From positions 1 through 64,000 of the forward strand of contig JANNXQ010000105.1 in NCBI GenBank assembly GCA_031409655.1: DNA of 64,000 bases, given 5' to 3'. Every line of letters begins with the position of its first letter. Position 1 is the stretch's first letter. The position numbers were made by a program, and so were the translations under genes. The notes beneath the pieces were generated by a model that searched no databases, was not told the DNA's origin, and saw only the letters and a list, made by a program, of their open reading frames with translations. Origin of the DNA: Chthoniobacteraceae bacterium (lineage in GTDB: Bacteria; Verrucomicrobiota; Verrucomicrobiia; Chthoniobacterales; Chthoniobacteraceae). Below, piece by piece: positions 56,251 through 64,000 of this stretch.

Positions 56251-57072
56251 ATGACCGGCAACGAATACTCCGACGATCAACGGCCGATAACCTACCTCGG
56301 TGGACTGCCAGTCTATGCGACCACGCTGCTCATCCTGATCTACGTCGTCTCGATGATCGCCTGCACCATCCTGCTCGGTGCGCGCGCCGGCGGCCTGCTC
56401 GAGTCACTCGCTTATTCCAGCGACGACGTGCTCCGGCAGGGCAAGGTCTGGCAGTTCGTCACCTACGTTTTCGTCAATCCGCCCTCGATCTCCTTTGCCA
56501 TCGATATGCTGATGCTCTGGTGGTTCGGCCGGCCGCTGGAGCAATTTTTCGGGCGGCGCGTCTTCCTGCGCTTCTACCTGATGCTGGTGCTCTTCATCCC
56601 CACGGTCTTCACCGTCATCGGCCTCTTCGCGCCGATGAATATCTTCGGAGTCGCAGGCCAGCTCGCGATGTTCGTCGCCTTCGCCACGCTCTACCCCAAT
56701 GCCGCGCTGCTCTTCAACCTACTCGCGAAATGGATGGCCGCGGCGATCGTCGCGCTGCAATCCATGATCCACCTCGCGGCCAACGACTGGCCGCGCCTCC
56801 TCGCCCTGTGGCTCACCTGCGGGTTCGCCTTTTTCTTTGTCCGCCATGCGCGCGGTCTGCTCACGCTGCCGTCCTTTTCGGTCTGGCGGCGGCCCAAGTT
56901 GCGGGTGGTGCCGAAGCCAGTCGCCCGCGGCGTGGAGGAAGTTTCGGATGCCTCGAGCGAGATGGATGAGTTGCTCGATAAGATCGCGAAAACCGGTCTG
57001 GCGAGCCTGACGACGAAGGAGCGCAGCCGGCTCGATCGCGCGCGGGAAGCCATGCTGAAGAAGGACCGGTGA
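56251..57072 (+). CDS. Rhomboid-like membrane protein, probably catalytically inactive
   Basis: VWQFVTY, WWFGRPLE; C-terminal DELLDKIAKTGLASLT..E tail; no GxSG. Confidence 0.75.
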   Translation: MTGNEYSDDQRPITYLGGLPVYATTLLILIYVVSMIACTILLGARAGGLLESLAYSSDDVLRQGKVWQFVTYVFVNPPSISFAIDMLMLWWFGRPLEQFFGRRVFLRFYLMLVLFIPTVFTVIGLFAPMNIFGVAGQLAMFVAFATLYPNAALLFNLLAKWMAAAIVALQSMIHLAANDWPRLLALWLTCGFAFFFVRHARGLLTLPSFSVWRRPKLRVVPKPVARGVEEVSDASSEMDELLDKIAKTGLASLTTKERSRLDRAREAMLKKDR

Positions 57073-57767
57073 GCCCTCGGCTGAGCGTCATCGTGCCGTG
57101 TTGGAATGACGCGGAGGCCTTGCAAGGCTTGCTGGCAAAGGTGCGGACGCTCGAGGGCGTCGATGAGGTGATCGTGGCGGACGCGTCTTCCGACGACAAG
57201 GCGCAGGGGATGGCGGCGGCCGCTGGAGCGAAGGTCGCACGCTGCGCGCGGCCAAATCGCGGTGCGCAGATGAATGCTGGCGCGGGCCTGGCGAGCGGCG
57301 ACACCTTCCTCTTTCACCACGCCGATACCGAACTCACCCAGCCCCACGTCTCCGCGCTCCGCGCCGTGGATGCGCAGACGATCGGCGGCGCCTTTCATCG
57401 CAAGTACGACAATCGGCACCATGGGTTCGGTTGGATCGAGCCCATCGCTCGTGCCTGGAATGTGCGGGTCGGCACGCTCTACGGGGATCAATCCGTCTTC
57501 GTTCGGCGGACGACTTTCGAGCGCCTCGGTGGCTTCGCGGAGATCCCGCTCATGGAGGATGTGGAATTTTCCCGGCGCCTGCGCCGCACCGGTCGCACGG
57601 TCTTGCTCGATCCGCCGATCGCCACGTCCGCGCGTCATCATCAGCGCCGCGGAGCCTGGCGCACGACCGCGCGCAATGCCGCGATGCTGGCGCTCTACCG
57701 ACTCGGCTTTTCGCCCGAGACCCTGCACCGCTGGTACTACCGCGACTTTGCCGGGACTCAGCGCTGA
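57069..57767 (+). CDS. GT2 glycosyltransferase (TIGR04283-like)
   Basis: LSVIVP, RGAQMNAGA, HADT, YGDQ, PLMED, TSAR. Confidence 0.88.
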   Translation: MSPRLSVIVPCWNDAEALQGLLAKVRTLEGVDEVIVADASSDDKAQGMAAAAGAKVARCARPNRGAQMNAGAGLASGDTFLFHHADTELTQPHVSALRAVDAQTIGGAFHRKYDNRHHGFGWIEPIARAWNVRVGTLYGDQSVFVRRTTFERLGGFAEIPLMEDVEFSRRLRRTGRTVLLDPPIATSARHHQRRGAWRTTARNAAMLALYRLGFSPETLHRWYYRDFAGTQR

Positions 57768-58888
57768 AAAAGCTTCGGTGCGAACTCCACGAGGTAGCGC
57801 CGCCAGACGGGCCACGAGTGATCGCCCTCGGTGAGTTGCCACTCGTGCTGGATGCCGCTCGCCTTGAGCGCGCCGACGAGGGAGTTGTTGCGCTCGAGGA
57901 GAAAGTCGTCCTTGCCGCAGGCGATCCAGAGCAGCTTGAGCTTGGAGTTGGTGCCCGCGGCATCGGCCAGCGGCGCAGCGAGTGTGGCCTCCTCCGCCGC
58001 GCCACTGAAGGAGCCGATCCAGGCGAAGCGGTCGAGGTTGTTCAGTCCGACACTCAGTGCTTGCCACCCGCCCATGCTCAGTCCGGCGATGGCGCGCTGC
58101 TCACGCTCCTTCATCACGCGATAGCGGGCCTCCACGAGCGGCAGCGCGTCGTCGAAAAGCTCGCGCTGAAAGGCGGCGAGCGACGTCGCGCGTTTCTCCG
58201 CATCTTCCCGCGGCACCTGGCCCTGGGGATGCCCATCGATCATCAGCACGACCATGGGCCGCGCTTTTCCCGCGGCGATGAGACTGTCGAGAATCCAAGG
58301 CGCCTTGCCGTGCTCGACCCACGTCCGGTGATTGTCTCCCGAGCCGTGCTGGAGGACGAGGAGGGGATACTGCGCCGTGGTGTCGGTCTCGTAACCCGGC
58401 GGAGTATAGACGCGCAATTCCCGGGCCCGCCCGAGTGCCTTCGAGAGGTAGGAATGCTGATGCACCGCGCCATGCGGCACATCCTGAAAGTCCCACGGAT
58501 TCGGCGGCGTTCCGGCGAGGTGCAGGATGCTCTTCCCCGGCTCGCGCTGCGGCTTCAGCGCAGGATTCGCGGGGTCCAGCACATTCAAACCATCGACTGC
58601 GAAGGAATACTCCCACACGCCCGCCGCGATGGGATCTGTCGTCACGGACCACACCCCATCCTCGCCGCGCGCGAGCGGCAGCGGCGGCTTCGTCCACTGT
58701 CCGCGGAGCGCGACCTCCTGCGCCTTCGGCGCGCGGAGCCGGAAGGTCACGCTCCGATCATCGCGGATTTCCGGCGAGACGATGGCTGCCTGGCGCGCCG
58801 GGAGGGGGCGGGTTGCCGGGGCCTGGGCGTGAAGGCCGCTGACGAGTCCGAAGACGAGCGGGAGTAGTGCAAAGGGGGGAGCTTTCAT
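57758..58888 (-). CDS. Secreted esterase (E-set/CBM48-like N-terminus + alpha/beta hydrolase)
   Basis: VTFRLRAP, VYTPPGY, AGLSMGG, GDHSWPVWR. Confidence 0.9.
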   Translation of the reverse strand: MKAPPFALLPLVFGLVSGLHAQAPATRPLPARQAAIVSPEIRDDRSVTFRLRAPKAQEVALRGQWTKPPLPLARGEDGVWSVTTDPIAAGVWEYSFAVDGLNVLDPANPALKPQREPGKSILHLAGTPPNPWDFQDVPHGAVHQHSYLSKALGRARELRVYTPPGYETDTTAQYPLLVLQHGSGDNHRTWVEHGKAPWILDSLIAAGKARPMVVLMIDGHPQGQVPREDAEKRATSLAAFQRELFDDALPLVEARYRVMKEREQRAIAGLSMGGWQALSVGLNNLDRFAWIGSFSGAAEEATLAAPLADAAGTNSKLKLLWIACGKDDFLLERNNSLVGALKASGIQHEWQLTEGDHSWPVWRRYLVEFAPKLFQR

Positions 58889-58992
58889 GGGGCGGAAACT
58901 TTGCTGCTTACCGCCATCATCTGCGAGCAAATGCTCCGAGTTCTACCGACCCTTGGATTTTGGCTCCTGGAGGATTATCTGTCCGCACCGCC

Positions 58993-60456
58993 ATGACTCC
59001 CCAGCAAGCCCGCGCCGCCCATCTCACTCGCGGGCAATTTTTCTCGAAGAGCGCGGTCGGTATCGGCACGGCGGCGCTGGCTTCGCTGCTCGAGCGGGAT
59101 GCGCTCGGGGCGCCCGCTCCGGGGCCGCGCATCGGTGGGCTCGATGGGCTCCCGCATTTTGCGCCGAAGGCGAAGCGCGTGATCTACCTGCTGCAAAATG
59201 GCGCGCCGCCGCACCTCGACACGTTCGATTGGAAGCCGGAGATGGAAAAATGGCGGGGGCAGGAAATCCCGGAATCGATCCTCGGCGGCAAACGTTTCTC
59301 GACGATGACCCAGGGGCAAAAGGCGAAGCTGGTGCTGCCGCCGTTCACGGGTTTCAAGCAATACGGCAAGTCCGGCGCGTGGGTCGGTGACTTCCTGCCG
59401 CACACCGCGGGCGTCGTGGATGACCTATGTTTCATCAAGTCGATGCACACCGAGGCGGTGAACCACGCGCCGGCGATTTCCTTTTTCCTCACCGGCGGCG
59501 AGCAACCCGGACGGCCGAGCATGGGCGCGTGGGCGACCTACGGGCTCGGCACGGAGAGCCAGGAGTTGCCCGGGTTCGTCGTCATGACTTCACGCGACAA
59601 GGAGGCTTCCTGCGGACAGATCTTCTACGACTTCTACTGGGGCTCGGGTTTTCTGCCGTCGAAGTTTCAAGGCGTGCGTTTCCGCGGTAGCGGTGATCCG
59701 GTGCTCTATCTCTCGAATCCCGATGGCATGTCGCGCGAGGTCCGGCGCGGGCTGCTCGATGATCTCGCGAAGCTCAATGAGGAGCACTTCCGCGAATACG
59801 CTGACCCCGAGATCGCCACGCGTATCGCGCAGTACGAGATGGCGTACAAGATGCAGGCCAGCGTGCCGGAGCTCACGGATTTCTCCACCGAGTCCGCCGA
59901 GACGCTCGCGATGTATGGGCCCGATGTGCAGCGCCAGGGCTCGTTCGCTTACAACTGCCTCATGGCCCGTCGGCTCGCGGAGCGCGGCGTGCGCTTCGTG
60001 CAATGCTTCCACGCCGGCTGGGATCATCACCGCAATCTCACCACGCAATTCGAGATCCAGTGCCGCGATACCGATCAGCCCAGCGCCGCCCTGGTGAAGG
60101 ATCTGAAGCAGCGCGGCCTCCTCGACGACACGCTGGTCATCTGGGGCGGTGAGTTCGGGCGCACGCCGTTCCTGCAAGGCGACATCGCCGATCGCAAACA
60201 ATGGGGCCGCGATCATCACCCGTATGCCTTCACGCTCTGGATGGCCGGCGCGGGGGTGAAGCCGGGGATGAGCTTCGGCGAAAGTGACGAATTCGGCTTC
60301 AACGTGGTGAATGATCCCGTCCACGTGCATGACTTCCAGGCCACCGTCCTGCACCTGCTCGGCATCGACCACGAGCGGCTTACCTTCCGCTTCCAAGGCC
60401 GCCAGTTCCGCCTCACGGATGTGCATGGCAGTGTGGTGAAGCCGATCCTGGTGTAA
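58993..60456 (+). CDS. DUF1501 domain protein
   Basis: PKAKRVIYL, RPSMGAW, WDHH, GEFGRTP, RLTDVHG. Confidence 0.92.
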   Translation: MTPQQARAAHLTRGQFFSKSAVGIGTAALASLLERDALGAPAPGPRIGGLDGLPHFAPKAKRVIYLLQNGAPPHLDTFDWKPEMEKWRGQEIPESILGGKRFSTMTQGQKAKLVLPPFTGFKQYGKSGAWVGDFLPHTAGVVDDLCFIKSMHTEAVNHAPAISFFLTGGEQPGRPSMGAWATYGLGTESQELPGFVVMTSRDKEASCGQIFYDFYWGSGFLPSKFQGVRFRGSGDPVLYLSNPDGMSREVRRGLLDDLAKLNEEHFREYADPEIATRIAQYEMAYKMQASVPELTDFSTESAETLAMYGPDVQRQGSFAYNCLMARRLAERGVRFVQCFHAGWDHHRNLTTQFEIQCRDTDQPSAALVKDLKQRGLLDDTLVIWGGEFGRTPFLQGDIADRKQWGRDHHPYAFTLWMAGAGVKPGMSFGESDEFGFNVVNDPVHVHDFQATVLHLLGIDHERLTFRFQGRQFRLTDVHGSVVKPILV

Positions 60457-60748
60457 TTCGCTGAAAAATAGGTTGCGGGCTGGCTGGAGTCGCCGCTCGA
60501 ACCTTGCGGAAAGTTGAGGGCGCCAGTGGCTGGAAAGATTCGACGCTTGGCAACGGCGCTGTTACTCACCTACGCGTGAATTCCGCAATGTGTCAAAAAC
60601 GCTCCCGGCACCTCGAGGCGAGGTCCGGCACGTCAACAGTCTCGAGGGGTTGTCGGCGTTGCAGTAGTCGGGCGGGGCAGCAGCCAGTGGGAAATCGCGG
60701 GCAATGCGCTGGAGGGAAGCCTTTGGTGTGTGGAGCAAAGCGGGAGTG

Positions 60749-62770
60749 ATGGATCTCCTCCTCGCGCTGGATGGATCCCAGGTCGTGTATTGGACCATTT
60801 GCGGAGCGCTCTACGCGTTCATGGCGGTCCTGGCGATACTCCCGGCGCTCGCACTGCCGCGTCCGGCAGGCGCTGAAAAGGTCTTCACGAAGTGGCTGCG
60901 AAGTGACGGGCTTTTCCTGGCGGTGCTCGCCGCGATGCTGCTCGCTTTCCGGTGGCCGCTGTTTTTCGTCCCCTACGCGCTCAATCTGGATGAAGCCGGA
61001 CATCTCAGCCAGGCGCTGACGCTGCGTCACGATCCGGTGTTCTGGCGATCGATCTCGGCCGGCACCTCAGGGCCTCTAAATATCTACCCGCAGTACCTCC
61101 TGCACCTGCTGGGTTTTCCGGCGTCTTATGCGACGTCGCGAGCGTTGGCGCTGGCCGTCGTCTTCGGCTCTCTGGTGTGCCTGTTTGCAACGTTTCGACG
61201 GTTCTCATTTCCGGCATTGGCGCGACTGGGCACCATGCTGCCGGCCACATTCTTCGCTGCGACGGTGAACCGGGATTTCACGCATTGCAGCAGCGAGCAT
61301 GTGCCGATGCTTTTGCTCATGCTGGGGACTGCACTCGCCTTGAGACTGCGCGAACCGCTGCGCAGGCCAGGGCGTGTCGCCTTTCTCGCAGGCTTGGTTT
61401 TGGGCGCGGTGCCCTTTGCAAAATTGCAGGGGGGGGTGATTGCCATCGTGGTGGCGCTATTTTCCTACATCTTTCTGATCGAGCGCGACGACCCTCGGAA
61501 AGTGCGCCTCAGACTTTGCGTTTGCCTGACCTTGGGAGGTCTGGCGGTTCCTTTTGCAATCGTGGGGATGGCGACGGTCTTCGGCGCCTTCGGGCATTTC
61601 TGGCAATCCTACGTGCTGGCAAATGTCGCGTATGCGGGAAGCGGGTGGTCGTTCGCAGACATTGCCGGGATGCTCCCGCTCCTTTCTTTAGAGATGACCG
61701 ATTTTGTCGCTTACGCCCAGGGCGCGTTGGTTGCCGGCGCGGTTGGTGGCGTGCTCATGTGCGTCCCGTGGTGCTGGCGGGATTTGAGTCGAGCGCAGGG
61801 GTGGTTACTCGCCTTCGCCTGCGCGCTCTTGGCGATTTCTACCTATGCGGCGTTCGCTCCAGGACGCCCCTTTCCGCATTACTTTCTATTCTGCGTCTTT
61901 CCGCTCGTAGTGTGCGCATTCCTTTCTTTGGCGGTTTGGCTCCAGATCTCTGTCCGTCGCGGCGTGCCGCGAGAGGCCCAGTTGGTTGCGATCGCTTTTT
62001 GGAGTGCGACCGGGCTTGCGGTTCAAATTGCGGATTTCCTGCTTGCGGACCCTTCCTTCCCGATCCGAGGCAGGCTCCGCGAGGTCGTGGATCTGCCAAA
62101 GAGCGACGTTGCGCTGGCGATTCTGAAGCACGCTTCCCCAGGTGAACCGTTGCTCGTGTGGGGGTGGATGAGTGAATATCATGTGCAGACCGGGATGTGG
62201 TGCGCAAACAGCGACCTCGTTCTCGAATACCTCTGGGCTACGAAGCAACGGCTGCGTCCTGGAGAAAGCTATCTCGATTTGATCCCTGATTACTTTAAGG
62301 ATCGGTGTCTCGCGGATTTTCGGAGAGCGAACCCGCCCGTCTTTGTGGATGCGGTCGCGCCGGAATCTTTCTGGTTCGAAGACCGGAGTATGTTTGGTTA
62401 CGAGACATTCCCTCGGTTGGCGGCGTTGGTGGCGGAAAATTACGTATTGCTGTACGAGATGAGAGGGGTGCGAATCTTCGTCCGAAAAGATCGTCTAAAA
62501 GGCCGGCCACCATTGGCGCTGCTTCCCCGGGCCTTCCCTTGTGGAGCCGGCCAGCGCCATGATTTTCTGGGATGCCCTGGGCGGATGGCGGAATCGAAGC
62601 AGGCAAAGCTACTCGCCAGGCAGAGTGACGATCTTCCGGTCTGGCGACGCTCGTCCGCGTCCTTATCCTCTCCCACCGCCGCCGCTCGCACGCGTCCGTC
62701 AAAGGTCTGCGAGAGGGTTGGTCAGATCGCCAGGCAAGATGGCCGCCTCCTGCCGGGTCAGCCCGCATGA
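60749..62770 (+). CDS. Polytopic membrane protein, GT-C (ArnT/PMT-like) glycosyltransferase candidate
   Basis: LNLDE acidic loop after an early TM, TSGPL, FPHY, LLVWGW; about 12 TM segments. Confidence 0.6.
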   Translation: MDLLLALDGSQVVYWTICGALYAFMAVLAILPALALPRPAGAEKVFTKWLRSDGLFLAVLAAMLLAFRWPLFFVPYALNLDEAGHLSQALTLRHDPVFWRSISAGTSGPLNIYPQYLLHLLGFPASYATSRALALAVVFGSLVCLFATFRRFSFPALARLGTMLPATFFAATVNRDFTHCSSEHVPMLLLMLGTALALRLREPLRRPGRVAFLAGLVLGAVPFAKLQGGVIAIVVALFSYIFLIERDDPRKVRLRLCVCLTLGGLAVPFAIVGMATVFGAFGHFWQSYVLANVAYAGSGWSFADIAGMLPLLSLEMTDFVAYAQGALVAGAVGGVLMCVPWCWRDLSRAQGWLLAFACALLAISTYAAFAPGRPFPHYFLFCVFPLVVCAFLSLAVWLQISVRRGVPREAQLVAIAFWSATGLAVQIADFLLADPSFPIRGRLREVVDLPKSDVALAILKHASPGEPLLVWGWMSEYHVQTGMWCANSDLVLEYLWATKQRLRPGESYLDLIPDYFKDRCLADFRRANPPVFVDAVAPESFWFEDRSMFGYETFPRLAALVAENYVLLYEMRGVRIFVRKDRLKGRPPLALLPRAFPCGAGQRHDFLGCPGRMAESKQAKLLARQSDDLPVWRRSSASLSSPTAAARTRPSKVCERVGQIARQDGRLLPGQPA

Positions 62771-64000
62771 AGCTCCTTTTCGTGATCCCCGAGTATCTGC
62801 CGGACTGCGGCGGTGGGATCATTACCTTTTACAAATTTATCCTGCCGCAACTCGTCCGGCAGGGGCATGGGGTGCAGGTCATCGTGGCGGATGCCCGGCA
62901 TGTCGGCGCGGCGGAGCGGGTGATCGATGGGGTGACGGTGAGTTACCTGCGGCGCGAGGTGCATGGGCGCTGGCTCGCGGCGTTTGCGCGCTACGAAGTA
63001 ATCTTTCCCTGGCTGCACCAGAATCTCGCGCTGGCCTGGTCGGCTTGGGAGGTGGCGCAGGGCGGCGACGGCTACGAACATGTGGAGACGACGGAGTGGC
63101 CGTTGCTTTTCGTGCCGTGGGTGGTGAATCGGCAGCGCGCGCCCTGCACGGTGCAGCTTCACGGGAGCCACGGGCAAATCATGGATCGCGGTGCGGGCGG
63201 CACGAGCGAGATTTGCGACGGCTTCGTACGCATGATCGAAGCGGCCCTGATGAAAGAGGCAGTGGCCGTGCAAACGAACAGCCAGCTCAATGCACGCGTG
63301 TGGGCGGAGCGGCTCGGACGAACGGTGTCGGTGGAAAATCCTTCCTTCCAACTCGATCCCAGGGGCGCTGTGGCTGCGGCGACTCTTGGGCGTCCGTTGC
63401 GCGGTTTGGTCTTCGGGCGGCTGTATCCGGGGAAGGGCGCAGTCGCACTCGCCGAAGCACTGGCCGGACCGGCCAGCGGGATGACGACCATCGAGTGGTA
63501 CGGGAACGACATGACGTGCGGTGGCGGACTGACCTCCAACGTGCTGCGCGCGCGATTCCCGGCAGTGCTGGATCGCGCGCTGCGGCACTTTCCGCAGATC
63601 ACCCACGACGAAGTGCTGGCGAAGATGACGGGCGGCGCGTTCGTGCTCATCCCGTCGCTGTCGGATGTTTTCAATCTCACCGTCGCGGAGGCGATGGCGA
63701 TGCGGGCGATCGTGGTCTGCTCGGTGTACGCCGGAGCGATCGAATTGATCGAGCACGGAGTGAACGGATTCCGCTACGACCCGCTTGACGCGAAAAGCCT
63801 CGCGAGCGTGCTGGCAGAAATGTCTGCGCTGACTGCTGACCAAGTAACGGCGATGGCCGAGCGCGCTGCGCAGACGGTGGCGAATCGGCTCGATCCAGCG
63901 CGCAGTGCGGAGCGGCGCGCGAAATTTTACGCCGAAGTGGCCGCGCTGCCTCTGCCAGCGCCGATTCCCGACTGGCTCACGGAAGCCGTCTCCGGCTCCG
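62767..64000 (+). CDS. GT4 glycosyltransferase (partial, runs off window edge)
   Basis: Manual translation MKLLFVIPEYLPDCGGGIITFY...GRLYPGKG...PSLSDVFNLTVAEAMA; absent from the ORF track because no stop falls in the window. Confidence 0.85.
   Translation, partial: MKLLFVIPEYLPDCGGGIITFYKFILPQLVRQGHGVQVIVADARHVGAAERVIDGVTVSYLRREVHGRWLAAFARYEVIFPWLHQNLALAWSAWEVAQGGDGYEHVETTEWPLLFVPWVVNRQRAPCTVQLHGSHGQIMDRGAGGTSEICDGFVRMIEAALMKEAVAVQTNSQLNARVWAERLGRTVSVENPSFQLDPRGAVAAATLGRPLRGLVFGRLYPGKGAVALAEALAGPASGMTTIEWYGNDMTCGGGLTSNVLRARFPAVLDRALRHFPQITHDEVLAKMTGGAFVLIPSLSDVFNLTVAEAMAMRAIVVCSVYAGAIELIEHGVNGFRYDPLDAKSLASVLAEMSALTADQVTAMAERAAQTVANRLDPARSAERRAKFYAEVAALPLPAPIPDWLTEAVSGS

Overview
GC-rich chromosomal window, most likely from a Verrucomicrobiota member (Chthoniobacterales-like). 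This is inferred from DUF1501/DUF1549/DUF1553, a TIGR02989-type ECF sigma with FecR-LamG, SHD1 domains and PQQ-like propellers. It begins at the 5' end of dnaA with DnaA boxes (probable oriC) and carries housekeeping genes (argA/B/J, aroB, mazG, cyclophilin, tRNA-His), secreted proteases, esterases and glycosyltransferases. Intergenic palindromic repeats of several families are frequent. No prophage, IS transposase or CRISPR array was seen. The best candidate for an undescribed system is a divergent five-gene MglA/MglB GTPase cluster (37529-42269) with three further genes, each carrying an apparent roadblock-like domain. Other notable items: a back-to-back TTGTCC-N16-CGCTRT motif beside an ECF sigma, a 2931-aa metalloprotease with a nested, apparently circularly permuted domain insertion, a zinc-ribbon bactofilin pair, an HdrA-like Cys module plus ferredoxin pair, and a doubly disrupted SHD1-hydrolase gene. 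All family calls come from motif recognition by eye; no database searches were run.
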